Shown here piece after piece: positions 1 through 12,859 of a stretch of DNA of 64,000 nucleotides. Made by a program: the position numbers and the translations under genes. This DNA is from Candidatus Magasanikbacteria bacterium RIFOXYC2_FULL_42_28 (GTDB taxonomy: Bacteria > Patescibacteriota > Patescibacteriia > Magasanikbacterales > GWA2-37-8). Numbering within the stretch: the first letter of the stretch is position 1; each line of letters starts with the position of its first letter. Under the pieces are notes generated by a model, which was not told the DNA's origin, searched no databases, and saw nothing but the letters and a program-made list of their open reading frames with translations. The stretch covers positions 23,347 through 87,346 of the forward strand of contig MFQZ01000008.1 of the NCBI GenBank assembly GCA_001784435.1, read 5' to 3'.

Positions 1-41
1 CCAAACCGGCTGCCAAAATAACCGCGCCCACATTGTTAAAA

Positions 42-773
42 TCAACTGACATATTTTTTAAATATTTTTAAAAGTTCAAGCAGGCCGTCGGCAATCACTA
101 TTCTGTCCTCATAATCAGCTCTTAAATTTGCCATAACTTTTTCACCGCTACTACGCTCGTCGCGAGTGTCGCGCCTTAAAAAAACCACTAAGTCATTAAA
201 CGCCAAAAGCAATTCGGCCGATTCATCCGCGCGGTCATTAAATAACACCGTATTTTTGCCGGTAAAATCTGCGCCAAACAGCGCGCGCAAGGCCTCGGCC
301 TTACCACCATTTTCTTTAACCGTAAACACCGTATTTTTATCACTAAAAATTTTATCAATTTTAACCCAACGCATTTTTTCCAACTGCCAATCACGCACGC
401 CCAAACTTAACAGATAATAATTTAATTTTTTTTGCTGACAAAATTCCAATAATTCGCGCGCCCCTGAAAGCAACAAACCCGCACCCTTTTTCTGAATTTC
501 ACCCACCACCGCGCCCGTCGCGATTTCGTCAATGTTTCTGCCTTCGACCTGACAACGACGACGAACCTCATCAACATAACGCGCTAAGGTAATAGCGATA
601 ATTCCATCCTGTTCATTACGCGCGGCCGAATAAAACGCGCGCGACTGTTCGTCCGAAAAACCATTCGCCTGGGCAATGGCGCGAAACAAAAATTTCAATT
701 GCATGGCGTCAAACAGCGTATTATCAAAATCAAACACCACTGTTGGTTTTTTACCAATTAAATTCTTTGCCAT
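42..773 (-). CDS. HAD-superfamily hydrolase
   Basis: N-terminal motif I VVFDFDNTL; motif IV-like LFNDRADE. Confidence 0.7.
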   Translation of the reverse strand: MAKNLIGKKPTVVFDFDNTLFDAMQLKFLFRAIAQANGFSDEQSRAFYSAARNEQDGIIAITLARYVDEVRRRCQVEGRNIDEIATGAVVGEIQKKGAGLLLSGARELLEFCQQKKLNYYLLSLGVRDWQLEKMRWVKIDKIFSDKNTVFTVKENGGKAEALRALFGADFTGKNTVLFNDRADESAELLLAFNDLVVFLRRDTRDERSSGEKVMANLRADYEDRIVIADGLLELLKIFKKYVS

Positions 774-1489
774 AAAGCATCAAATAATTTTTTTTGAGTT
801 TCAAACACGCCCGCGTTTTCAATTACCACGCCCCACGGATCGCCTTTGGCGTCCAAAGAAATATAAGCCACATGTCCGGGATAAATAATAATATAGGTGC
901 CGTGATCACCGCCCGCGAGCCACTTGCGTTCGTCCAAACCACGCAACTGTCCGCCCTCGCCCAAAGCAATTACTTTTACGGCCACGCTTTTGCCAATGCG
1001 CGCATCCGAAAATGTCGGCCAATTGTCGTACAAAAATTTCCGCACGCCTTCGGCGGAAAAAATCCGATAAGTTTTTTCAGCATCTTCCGCGCAAACATCC
1101 AGCACCTCTTCTAAAATTTTATTAATTTCATCTTTTTCAAAATACCGGGCAATTGGTCGCGCGCCCCCGCGGTTATATAGCGCCTCTAATTCCGTAGTCA
1201 TTTGCGCCAAACGTGTTTCTGTTTCTCGCCACGCGGACTGCTCTTCGCGCGCCAAACGAACCAAACGCTCCGGCGGTGTTGCCACAAACGACTGGCGCGT
1301 ATCTTTTTTATAAAATTCCACGAGCCCTTTTTGTTCCAGCCAATTTAAGGCCTCATAAACCGTACCCCGATTAAGCCCACAGGAATCAGCTAAATCACGC
1401 ACTGATGACGGGCCCAAACTTAATAATGCCAAATATACTTTGGAAAATTTGTCAGAAAAACCTAATTTTTTAAAAATCTCAATATCCAT
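758..1489 (-). CDS. TrmB-family transcriptional regulator
   Basis: N-terminal wHTH LGFS..SKVYLALLSLG..RGTVYEALNWLEQKGLV; TrmB-type C-terminal domain. Confidence 0.8.
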   Translation of the reverse strand: MDIEIFKKLGFSDKFSKVYLALLSLGPSSVRDLADSCGLNRGTVYEALNWLEQKGLVEFYKKDTRQSFVATPPERLVRLAREEQSAWRETETRLAQMTTELEALYNRGGARPIARYFEKDEINKILEEVLDVCAEDAEKTYRIFSAEGVRKFLYDNWPTFSDARIGKSVAVKVIALGEGGQLRGLDERKWLAGGDHGTYIIIYPGHVAYISLDAKGDPWGVVIENAGVFETQKKLFDALWQRI

Positions 1490-1504
1490 ATTTTGGCTAA
1501 TATT

Positions 1505-1533
1505 AGTATAATACTAAATAAAAAAACTGTCAA
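1505..1533 (-). promoter_or_regulatory. Sigma70 promoter of the TrmB/HAD genes
   Basis: Minus strand TTGACA-17 nt-TATACT; perfect DnaA-box-like TGTGGATAA at 1552-1560. Confidence 0.6.
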
Positions 1534-1578
1534 CTTTTTGCTGACAGTTTCTGTGGATAACTACTAAATTTGGCTAAC

Positions 1579-2112
1579 TTACGCGATTTTAGCACGCGGA
1601 TCAATAACATTATTACGCAGTTCCTTCCAAGGATAGACCGGCCAGGCCTCAATTTCCCGACCGGAATAATCAGGGGTAAATTCTGACCAAGGTTGTTTGT
1701 AAAGCACGGCATAACGGACCTCTTGCGGTTGTTTCATATCCATATACGACTTCATCATTTTTAAAGTCGAACCCGACACGGCCATTTCATCCACCACCAA
1801 TATTTTTAACCCGCGCACATCTTTGGTTAATTCTTGGGTAATCACCGGTCGCTCCATTAAATCCTGTTCCTTACCATCTTGTTGAGTTTTGGAAAAATCA
1901 ATCTTAACAACATACAACTGTTTATTACCCAAAGTGTAAGCGATAAGCGCGGCGGGGATAAGACCAGAACGCGCGATTGACACTATCAAATCCGGCTCAA
2001 AATTATCGTGTTTCATGTCATCAATAATTTTTAACGTATCCTTTTCCACATCCTCCCAACTCAAACGTAATGTCCCAACATTCTTTTTATACAAATCAAT
2101 TGGTTTTGCCAT
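1579..2112 (-). CDS. Type I phosphoribosyltransferase (purine salvage-like)
   Basis: IVSIARSGLIPA and PRPP-binding loop ILVVDEMAVSGST; start taken at MAKPID. Confidence 0.8.
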   Translation of the reverse strand: MAKPIDLYKKNVGTLRLSWEDVEKDTLKIIDDMKHDNFEPDLIVSIARSGLIPAALIAYTLGNKQLYVVKIDFSKTQQDGKEQDLMERPVITQELTKDVRGLKILVVDEMAVSGSTLKMMKSYMDMKQPQEVRYAVLYKQPWSEFTPDYSGREIEAWPVYPWKELRNNVIDPRAKIA

Positions 2113-2169
2113 AGTAAATATGAAATACAAAGCTCGATTCCAAAACCGAGCTAATAAATAACAATTATA

Positions 2170-2994
2170 TTATAATCCCAACGCGATTTTCTTGATTTCC
2201 ACAAATCGTGGCTTCGCAATATTGTACAAAAAATTTTGCTTTTCGTCAATAGTTTTATAATCGCCAATCTCCTGCCAAATCGCCCGACCGGCCAAGAAAC
2301 CTTTACACCCAGCGGTCATTGCTTTTTTTAAATTATCTCTAAACACGTCGTATGAACCGCCGCCGGTCAAAAGTATCCACGGAATCGTCCCAAGCTTTTC
2401 GGTTATCCGCGCGCAAGCAGAATCATCACCTTCTGGATATTCTATCTTAAACACATCAGGTAAAATCCCGGCTTTTAAAAACATATCAACCGATCTTTCT
2501 ACCCACTCTCCCCGAGTCGCGCCAACCTCTTGGTAGCCATAAGTAACAATTTCAAAAAATAATGGCAATCCACTCGCGTGACTGTCGGCTAACGCTTCAC
2601 GCACAACATTCATTTGCTCTTTGACATTATCCGCTTCAGGATTAAAATATATTAATAATTTAGTTCCGCTCGCGCCCAGTTTTTTTAATTCTGCTGATTT
2701 ATATTCTAAAATAGTCAGCCGTCCTTGGTCAGTATTGGTATAACCGCTTTTTTCTAAACACAGCAAATACGGTTTGGTACGATTTTGATAGGCCGGCAAA
2801 CCCACTTCCGGATCCAATAACAGCCCGCTGCATTCGGAAGCGAAAACACCAATCACCAATTCCTTGGCGATAAGCGCTTCGTCGGCGCTGACTAATTCCG
2901 GATGCGCCGGGTTTAAAATTTTATTAAAACCTTGACGGTGGTCAAACGCCAGCATTAAATATTTATCGCTTTGGGTAAAAATTACTTTATTCAT
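2170..2994 (-). CDS. LacD/DeoC-like class I aldolase (tagatose-1,6-bisphosphate aldolase-like)
   Basis: MLAFDHR, GLLLDPEVG, PDVFKIEYP (Schiff-base Lys), GFLAGRAIW. Confidence 0.8.
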   Translation of the reverse strand: MNKVIFTQSDKYLMLAFDHRQGFNKILNPAHPELVSADEALIAKELVIGVFASECSGLLLDPEVGLPAYQNRTKPYLLCLEKSGYTNTDQGRLTILEYKSAELKKLGASGTKLLIYFNPEADNVKEQMNVVREALADSHASGLPLFFEIVTYGYQEVGATRGEWVERSVDMFLKAGILPDVFKIEYPEGDDSACARITEKLGTIPWILLTGGGSYDVFRDNLKKAMTAGCKGFLAGRAIWQEIGDYKTIDEKQNFLYNIAKPRFVEIKKIALGL

Positions 2995-3644
2995 ATTTTG
3001 CCATCCCACTCGCGCAAGAATTGATCTAAATAAATTTTGGTAAATTGGACTTTTTCCTTGGCCATCTTTTTCGCGGTCTCGGTATTCATCATTTCAGATA
3101 ATTTCAAAATCTTTTCATAAAAAAAATTAATGCTGGTGCCTTCGATTTTTTTGTGCAAATAGACAACGCGGGGCAAACGTTTACGTGGTCGACGATCCGG
3201 ATCGTGAATAATGCGTTTCAAACGTCCGCCCGTCGCGAAAGTGCGAGCGATTCCAATCGCTCCCAAATTTTCCATCCAATCGGCGTCTTGAATTATTTTA
3301 CCTTCCAAAGTGGCCGGTGAAATGGTGTCGTCGCCGACAAACATGCTATCTTCCACGATCGTAATAATTTTTTTTTGAAAATCAGCGGGAATTTCTAAAA
3401 CATCCATCATCCCACGCAACACTAAAATGCCTTTTTGCTCATCAAACTCCAACTGCTTGTAATCACCTAAATCATGAAGTAACGCCGCTAATTCCACCAA
3501 TTCCAAATCGCCACCCTCAACCGCTTGAATTTTTTTGGCTGTTTCCCAAACACGTTTAACATGCCAATAATCATGGCCGGTGGGCTCATTGGCCAGTTGT
3601 TTTTTTACAAAAGCCAAAGTTTTTTTGACTAATTCTGTAGGCAT
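2991..3644 (-). CDS. HD-domain phosphohydrolase (YedJ-like)
   Basis: GHDYWHVKRV, AALLHDLGD, QDADWMENLGAIGIARTF. Confidence 0.85.
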   Translation of the reverse strand: MPTELVKKTLAFVKKQLANEPTGHDYWHVKRVWETAKKIQAVEGGDLELVELAALLHDLGDYKQLEFDEQKGILVLRGMMDVLEIPADFQKKIITIVEDSMFVGDDTISPATLEGKIIQDADWMENLGAIGIARTFATGGRLKRIIHDPDRRPRKRLPRVVYLHKKIEGTSINFFYEKILKLSEMMNTETAKKMAKEKVQFTKIYLDQFLREWDGKI

Positions 3645-3725
3645 AGTTATTTAGTTTGCTCAATAATTATAACACGCCGCTGACATTCTGACAACTAATT
3701 TTTGCAATTAAAAAAGAGCCAATAT

Positions 3726-3831
<106 letters not shown>

Positions 3832-3914
3832 ATATTGACTCTTTTTGGTTTAATTTGCGAATATTCTACGAATAAATAATTGGGTGCGGAACAATTCAAG
3901 CACAACTTAATGCT

Positions 3915-6895
<2,981 letters not shown>

Positions 6896-6969
6896 AACAC
6901 TAAATAGTGCTTTCGCCTACAATTTAAAATTGCTTACCTACCCTATTATTTTATTCGTTGAATTTTTGA

Positions 6970-6985
6970 ATTGTCAAAGTTCAGT
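6970..6985 (-). promoter_or_regulatory. BoxA-like element of the 23S leader
   Basis: Minus strand TGAACTTTGACAAT about 80 nt before the 23S 5' end. Confidence 0.45.
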
Positions 6986-7134
6986 CAGATCATTCGCAAG
7001 TATGTTACGAAATATTTTTCGCCTCATGCTTGCGCTTGCCTGAATTTTTTTCTTGTGGATTACACCGGCTCTGCCGGCGTTAAAAATTACCGCAAAATTT
7101 ATTTCGCCTTGGCTCGTAAATTTTGTTAATTTTT

Positions 7135-7166
7135 AAAAAAAGAACCGCTCTATTCAAGCGGTTCTT
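7135..7166 (-). terminator. Intrinsic terminator upstream of 23S
   Basis: Minus strand AAGAACCGCT-TGAATAG-AGCGGTTCTT followed by a T run. Confidence 0.65.
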
Positions 7167-7353
7167 ATAAAATACAGAAAAAGAATTCTGCTTTTAACCG
7201 CTTGGATATTTTGAGTAAGAATTAGAGATCAGTAACATGATGGTGTTAGATTCTTTTCCCGACTTAGTCGGGACTTACCCAGAGGTCCAAGCGAACGTTA
7301 GTTCAAGTCTTGTGGACGTGGTCCCGATTTATCGGGAAGTTAACGCACAGGCG

Positions 7354-7382
7354 ATTATACAATAAATACAAAAAGCTGTCAA
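7354..7382 (-). promoter_or_regulatory. Consensus sigma70 promoter facing the 23S-5S unit
   Basis: TTGACA-17 nt-TATAAT on minus strand; DnaA-box-like TGTGGATAA at 7391-7399. Confidence 0.8.
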
Positions 7383-7420
7383 GGGAGGGTTGTGGATAAC
7401 CTGTATACAAATTGTATCCA

Positions 7421-8065
7421 CTACTTTTTGGCCTTTTCCCAGTCGGCCAAAAACTTGGTAATACCGGCATCGGTGAGCGGATGCTTAGTCATTTGTTCCA
7501 ATATTTTAAAGGGAATAGTAGCAATGTGCGCGCCTAAAATGGCCGCCTGTTTGGCATGCTCCAAACTACGCACTGAAGCCACAATTATCTGCGATTCATA
7601 ATTATAATTTTTTAATAAAACCACGGACTCGGCGATCATTTTCATACCGTCTTCACCGGCATCATCTAACCGTCCCACAAACGGACTAATAAAACTCGCG
7701 CCCGCTTTCGCGCACAGCAAAACCTGATTAACCGAAAACACCAAAGTAACATTTACTTTAATACCTTGGCCTTCTAAAATTTTTGTCGCTTTCAAACCGT
7801 CGGGCGTACAAGGAACTTTGACAATCACATTTTTGTGCCAAGCCGAAAATACATTCCCTTCTGCTACCATTTTGTCCGCCTCTAAACTAATCACCTCGGC
7901 CGAAACCGGCCCATCCACAATTTCACAAATCTCTAAAACTGTTTGTTTAAAATCCCGACCTTCTCGGGCGACGAGCGACGGATTGGTGGTAACGCCGTCT
8001 AAAATCCCCCAGCTGGCGGCGGTTTTAATTTCTGCTACATTGGCGGTGTCTAGAAAAATTTTCAT
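7421..8065 (-). CDS. tal: Transaldolase / fructose-6-phosphate aldolase (short type)
   Basis: [37 protein letters not shown]. Confidence 0.9.
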   Translation of the reverse strand: MKIFLDTANVAEIKTAASWGILDGVTTNPSLVAREGRDFKQTVLEICEIVDGPVSAEVISLEADKMVAEGNVFSAWHKNVIVKVPCTPDGLKATKILEGQGIKVNVTLVFSVNQVLLCAKAGASFISPFVGRLDDAGEDGMKMIAESVVLLKNYNYESQIIVASVRSLEHAKQAAILGAHIATIPFKILEQMTKHPLTDAGITKFLADWEKAKK

Positions 8066-8155
8066 ATAATTTAAATTATTAACAACCTTAATTTAGCACA
8101 CTCTTTACATTTTAACAAGAAGGCGATAAAATATAGGCGTAAATTATTAAATTTT

Positions 8156-9256
8156 ATGTCCAAAACCAAATTTCAAAAACTATCTCCGGGCTTGCGCAAA
8201 TTTATTGTCCCCGAAACCAAACCGGCTTCGGCCGGCGGTTTAAACGCGCGCCTAAAAAATGTTAAGTCGCCGGTATCCGCTTTTGCCGAAACCACTTTGA
8301 ACCATTGCAACGGCGGCTCCACCATGCAGGCCGCTCTGTGGCTCAAAAATCACCTGGATAATGGGGGCAAACTAATGGTAACTTTGGCCGGTGCTTTGAG
8401 TTCGTTCCAAGTCGGCATTATGCTCGCCGAACTTATTCGCCAAGGCAAAGTCCATTTGGTTTCGGCCACCGGCGCTAATCACGAAGAATCATACTATCGC
8501 TATGTCGCCCATTCTCATTATGCCTATATCCCCCGCTATACCGAATTAACCCCGGAGCAAGAAGCGGAATTACGCGATACCGGTTTGCGCCGAATTACCG
8601 ACACTTTCTTACCGGAAGATGAAAGTGTGCGTATTATGGAACCACATTTGTTAAAGATGTGGAAAGAGGCGGAAAAAAACGGCAAAAGTTATTTACCGCA
8701 CGAATATTTCCGTAGATTATTTTCCGAAAAATTAATTTCACCTGACCCACAGGCCAACCCAGATGATTGCTGGGCGTATGCCGCGTATCAAAAAAATATC
8801 CCGATTGTGGTGCCGGGTTTTGAGGATTCTACGATGGGCAATATTTTCGCGAGTTATACTTATAACGGAGCGCACAAGAAAAAAGGCAACACCAGCGTGA
8901 GCCCAAACGTGATGAAATCCGGTTTGGATTATTTCCATCTGATGTATGATTGGTATATGAAAGAATCCCAAGACGCGCCGATTGCTTTCTTGCAATTAGG
9001 TGGTGGAATTTCGGCTGACTTTCCAATTTGCGTAGTGCCATCACTTAAACACGATCTGAAATTGAAAAAAGTCCGCGATTGGGCTGGATTTGTGGAAATT
9101 GGTTCGTCGCCGATGTCCTACGGCTCATATTCCGGCGCTGGCGGTAAAGAAAAAATCACCTGGGACAAATTATCAACCGAAAGTTATTATCAAATTATCC
9201 AAAGCGATGTGACAGTGGCTTTCCCTTGGATCGCGGCGGTGCTGTTGGGGTTGTAG
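8156..9256 (+). CDS. Deoxyhypusine synthase-like protein
   Basis: TLAGALSS, TGANHEE, LRRITDT, DSTMG, LGGG, SYGSYSGA..EKITWDK (cf. DHS EAVSWGK). Confidence 0.85.
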   Translation: MSKTKFQKLSPGLRKFIVPETKPASAGGLNARLKNVKSPVSAFAETTLNHCNGGSTMQAALWLKNHLDNGGKLMVTLAGALSSFQVGIMLAELIRQGKVHLVSATGANHEESYYRYVAHSHYAYIPRYTELTPEQEAELRDTGLRRITDTFLPEDESVRIMEPHLLKMWKEAEKNGKSYLPHEYFRRLFSEKLISPDPQANPDDCWAYAAYQKNIPIVVPGFEDSTMGNIFASYTYNGAHKKKGNTSVSPNVMKSGLDYFHLMYDWYMKESQDAPIAFLQLGGGISADFPICVVPSLKHDLKLKKVRDWAGFVEIGSSPMSYGSYSGAGGKEKITWDKLSTESYYQIIQSDVTVAFPWIAAVLLGL

Positions 9257-9262
9257 AAATTG

Positions 9263-9345
9263 TGCCGACGGAGAGACTCGAACTCTCAATCCTTTTGAGA
9301 ACATGCTTCTAAGGCATGCGTGTATACCAATTCCACCACGTCGGC
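9263..9345 (-). tRNA. tRNA-Leu(TAG)
   Basis: GCCGACG..CGTCGGC acceptor stem, anticodon loop CTTAGAA, long variable arm, GTTCGAGTC; CCA not encoded. Confidence 0.95.
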
Positions 9346-9423
9346 TTAATTCACCGATATTTAACCATAAAAACATCCAAAAATCAATAGACGGACCAAA
9401 TTGGCCCGTCTATTTTTTATCTC

Positions 9424-11637
9424 TTAGAATTTTCGTCCTCCGCCACCATGTCCACCACCGCCAAATCCACCACTACGTGGCGGACGGCGTTCAAATGGCG
9501 GTGGTTCTACAAAACCTTCTGGTTTTGGTATGAGCGCTTTCATGCTCAAATTAATCCGGCCTAAATTATCAACTTCTTTGACAACTACTTTTACTTTGTC
9601 GCCAATTTTCATCACATCGCGTGGGCTGTTGGTGCGACTCCAAGCAATATCAGAAACATGCACCATACCATCTTTACCCGGGACAATTTCCACAAACGCG
9701 CCAAAATCTTCAATGCGCACCACCGTGCCTTCAAATTGTTCGCCCGGCATCGGGTCGTGCGTTAAATCATGAATCCATTTCTTGGCTTTTAACATTCCTT
9801 CGGGTTCATGGGAAGTGATAAACACCGAACCATCTTGCTCAATGTCAATATCCACGCCGGTCTCGGCGATGATTTTGTTAATCATTTTTCCGCCCGGACC
9901 GATGACATCGCGGATCTTTTCCGGATCAATCATCATGATTTCAATACGTGGCGCGTATTTGGATAAATCCGCGCGCGGAGTGGAAATAATTTTTTCCATT
10001 GCGGTTAAAATTTCCAAACGTGCGGCTTTTGATTTGGTAAATGTCTCTTGCACAATTTCCCAACTCAAACCGGTGGTCTTGGTATCCATTTGGATAGCCG
10101 TAATACCATCGCGGGTGCCGGTAATTTTGAAATCCATACCGCCCGGTCCATCTTCTACATCTTGTAAATCCGTTAAAATTTTGTAACGGCCTTTTTCGTC
10201 GCTCGCTAATCCCATGGCAATTCCGCCCACCATTTTTTTAATTGGTACGCCAGCGTCCATTAAGGATAAAGTGGAGCCACAGGTAGAAGCCATGGAAGAC
10301 GAACCGTTTGAACCCAAAACCTCGGACACAACACGCATAGCATAAGGAAATGTCTTTTGATCAGGTAAAACCGGCTCTAACGCACGCTCTGCCAAGGCAC
10401 CGTGGCCAATGGAACGGTTGCCAGCGCCTCGAAGTGGCCCGGCCTCACCATAAGTGGCTGGGGTGTCATTGTAGTGGTGCATGTAGCGTTTGGTGCTGTC
10501 TTCGGACATCGTATCAATCGTTTGCACATCACCCGGCGCGCCCAAAGTAACAACCGACAACACTTGCGTATCGCCGCGTTGGAACAAACCGGAACCATGC
10601 GTGCGTGGCAATAATCCCACACCGATATTTAACGGACGAATCTGGTCTAATTTGCGATCGTCTAAACGCTGGCCCTTATCCAAAATTCGCGCGGTAATAA
10701 CTTTTTCTACATAAATTTTTACGCGTCCCAAAATTACTTTAGAAGTGTCGGCATCGGCCTCTTTGGTTTTTAACATTTCCGCGACGGCAGTGGAAAATCG
10801 GCTAATCATTTCCACACGCGCGCGACGATCCGGTTTAGGTGCGTCAAAAACCCAATCATTGGCATGTCCTTTCACAAACGCAATTACTTCGGTTTCAATA
10901 TCGCGTAATTTTTGTTCAGCTTCAGAAACATTTTTGGATAAATCCAATTTCTTTTCACCCACTTCGGCTTGAATTTTTTTAATAAAATTCACGACGGTCG
11001 CGAAATTTTCCGAACCAAATTTAATCGCTTCTAAAATTTCGTTATCGGCGACATCGTTCACGCCGGCTTCCACCATTACCACTTTGCCTTCGGAACCGGC
11101 CACCACCAAATCAAAATCAGATTTTGTACGCTGTTCAACGCTCGGATTCAAAATCAATTTACCATCAATGCGTCCCACGCGAGAAACCGAAATCGGACCA
11201 TCCCACGGCAAATTGGAAATTGATAACGCCACCGAAGCGGCAATCATCGCCGGCACTTGCGGGTCATTTTCACTATCATACGAAAGGGCGGTCAAAATAA
11301 CTTGCACATCGTTACGCAGTCGCTCATCAAACAACGGACGAATCGCACGGTCAACTAAACGACCGGACAAAATCGCGTCCTCGGTCGGACGGCCTTCGCG
11401 TTTGATAAATCGTGAGCCCTTGATTTTTCCGGCCGCGTAAAATTTTTCTTCAAAATTCACCATCAGCGGGAAAAAATCCAAACCCGGACGTAAATTCGGA
11501 CTCATGACAGCGGTTGCTAAAATTACCGTGTCGCCATAGCGCACAGTACAAGAGGCGTTTGTCTGTAAAGCCAAACGACCTGTTTCCACGGTAAGCGTTC
11601 TACCCGCCCACTCGGTGGACCAATTTTTAATATCCAT
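9424..11637 (-). CDS. pnp: Polyribonucleotide nucleotidyltransferase
   Basis: FFPLMVNFEEK..GRFIKREGRP-like segment, RTHGSGLFQRG, SNGSSSMAS, KH and S1 domains. Confidence 0.97.
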   Translation of the reverse strand: MDIKNWSTEWAGRTLTVETGRLALQTNASCTVRYGDTVILATAVMSPNLRPGLDFFPLMVNFEEKFYAAGKIKGSRFIKREGRPTEDAILSGRLVDRAIRPLFDERLRNDVQVILTALSYDSENDPQVPAMIAASVALSISNLPWDGPISVSRVGRIDGKLILNPSVEQRTKSDFDLVVAGSEGKVVMVEAGVNDVADNEILEAIKFGSENFATVVNFIKKIQAEVGEKKLDLSKNVSEAEQKLRDIETEVIAFVKGHANDWVFDAPKPDRRARVEMISRFSTAVAEMLKTKEADADTSKVILGRVKIYVEKVITARILDKGQRLDDRKLDQIRPLNIGVGLLPRTHGSGLFQRGDTQVLSVVTLGAPGDVQTIDTMSEDSTKRYMHHYNDTPATYGEAGPLRGAGNRSIGHGALAERALEPVLPDQKTFPYAMRVVSEVLGSNGSSSMASTCGSTLSLMDAGVPIKKMVGGIAMGLASDEKGRYKILTDLQDVEDGPGGMDFKITGTRDGITAIQMDTKTTGLSWEIVQETFTKSKAARLEILTAMEKIISTPRADLSKYAPRIEIMMIDPEKIRDVIGPGGKMINKIIAETGVDIDIEQDGSVFITSHEPEGMLKAKKWIHDLTHDPMPGEQFEGTVVRIEDFGAFVEIVPGKDGMVHVSDIAWSRTNSPRDVMKIGDKVKVVVKEVDNLGRINLSMKALIPKPEGFVEPPPFERRPPRSGGFGGGGHGGGGRKF

Positions 11638-11654
11638 AGGGATACCTTTCCAGA

Positions 11655-11704
11655 GCTGATTTGAGAGCTACAGACCAAAAAGGTCTATGTGTCCTCAAAC
11701 CAGC
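11655..11704 (-). promoter_or_regulatory. Long stem-loop in the pnp 5' leader
   Basis: GCTGATTTGAG..CAGACC-AAAAA-GGTCT..CTCAAACCAGC imperfect hairpin just upstream of the start codon. Confidence 0.55.
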
Positions 11705-11747
11705 AATTAGTTAATAATTATTTTAAATTTATTTTTAGTTTTCTATT

Positions 11748-11824
11748 TGTCATCCCGATGAAAATCGGAATCTCTGTCCAATAGTGATTGCCGTGCGAAG
11801 ATCCCGATTTTCATCGGGATGACA
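11748..11824. repeat. Inverted pair of REP-like palindromes TGTCATCCCGATGAAAATCGG(G/A)ATCT
   Basis: Two inverted copies here and a third at 43761-43792; followed by an 18-nt degenerate tandem repeat. Confidence 0.75.
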
Positions 11825-11867
11825 GTGACGAGTGCGATGACAATGGCGAGTGCAATGACAAATACAA

Positions 11868-12407
11868 CTATTTTCTAATAATATTTTTAATCAAAAACTT
11901 CCCCTTATCTTCACTCAAATCAATAAAATCGTCAGCCGCTTCTTTCAATTTACCTGACGCTGTTCCGCCAAAGGCCATCACTTCGGCTTGGCAGCCTTGA
12001 TTAAATTTCAAATATTCAACTAATGGTAAATAATCGCCGTCGCCGGAAACCAACACCACCGCGTCTAAACTGGAAGACAAACGAATCGCGTCCACCGTTA
12101 ACCCCACATCCCAATCCGCTTTTTTATCACCACCGTAAAAAATTTGCAACGGGCGTTCTTTGGTCTCAATTCCCAAATTATACAGCGCGTCAAAAAACGG
12201 CTGTTCGTCTTTACTTTCGGTAGAAACAACATAGGCAATCGCCCGAATCAATTTTCGCCCGGCCGTCGCTTCTTTGACAATATTGCCAAAATTAACTTTC
12301 GCGCCAAACAAATTTTTGGCGCTGTAATACATATTTTGGACATCAATAAACACCCCGACCCGTTGGTCGGGGTGTTTTAAAGGATGAGATGACTTATTCG
12401 GTAACAT
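11868..12407 (-). CDS. NYN-domain (LabA/DUF88) protein
   Basis: VFIDVQNMYY, KKADWDVGLTVD, LVSGDGDYLPL. Confidence 0.9.
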   Translation of the reverse strand: MLPNKSSHPLKHPDQRVGVFIDVQNMYYSAKNLFGAKVNFGNIVKEATAGRKLIRAIAYVVSTESKDEQPFFDALYNLGIETKERPLQIFYGGDKKADWDVGLTVDAIRLSSSLDAVVLVSGDGDYLPLVEYLKFNQGCQAEVMAFGGTASGKLKEAADDFIDLSEDKGKFLIKNIIRK

Positions 12408-12753
12408 CTTCTTTAATATTTACGTCTTCTTCTTCGGCTTCCAAGTCAACCACTTCGCCTTTACTACCCGGTTTCAAAACAGCTTTCGGCTGTTTAATTT
12501 TGAGTTTTTTAGTCAATTGTTCGTAACTCTCGGCATTCTCTTTTTTTAAATGCTTCATCAAACGACGGCGCGCGCTTACTTTGCGCAGTAACCCCCGACG
12601 AGAAGAGTGATCTTTGGGGTGTAGTTTCAAATGCCCGATTAATTCATCAATTTCCGCAGTCAAAATGGCAATTTGTACCTCGCTACTGCCAGTATCCCCT
12701 TCGTGGGTCTGGTATTTCTTAATGACGGCCTGCTTTTTCTTGGTATTTAACAT
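12394..12753 (-). CDS. rpsO: 30S ribosomal protein S15 with C-terminal extension
   Basis: DTGSSEVQIAILT..HPKDHSSRRGLL. Confidence 0.97.
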   Translation of the reverse strand: MLNTKKKQAVIKKYQTHEGDTGSSEVQIAILTAEIDELIGHLKLHPKDHSSRRGLLRKVSARRRLMKHLKKENAESYEQLTKKLKIKQPKAVLKPGSKGEVVDLEAEEEDVNIKEDVTE

Positions 12754-12859
12754 ACATGCGTATTAGTTACCGCCGGTGTCGGAGCATGTTCCTAACCGTT
12801 CGGTCCCGACTAAGTCGGGATATTTAATGGGGTTATGATAGCAGAATATTAAAAATTTG

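Noticed and set aside
1526-1550. Shared TGTCA..TGACA operator before both TrmB genes (also about 46479-46496)
   Set aside because: The spacing differs (9 vs 7 nt) and the motif coincides with -35 boxes, so it cannot be told apart from promoter sequence.
7190-7350. 6S RNA (GACTTGAACTAACGTT resembles a 6S motif)
   Set aside because: I could not build the long closing stem by eye; left as an alternative pending an Rfam search.
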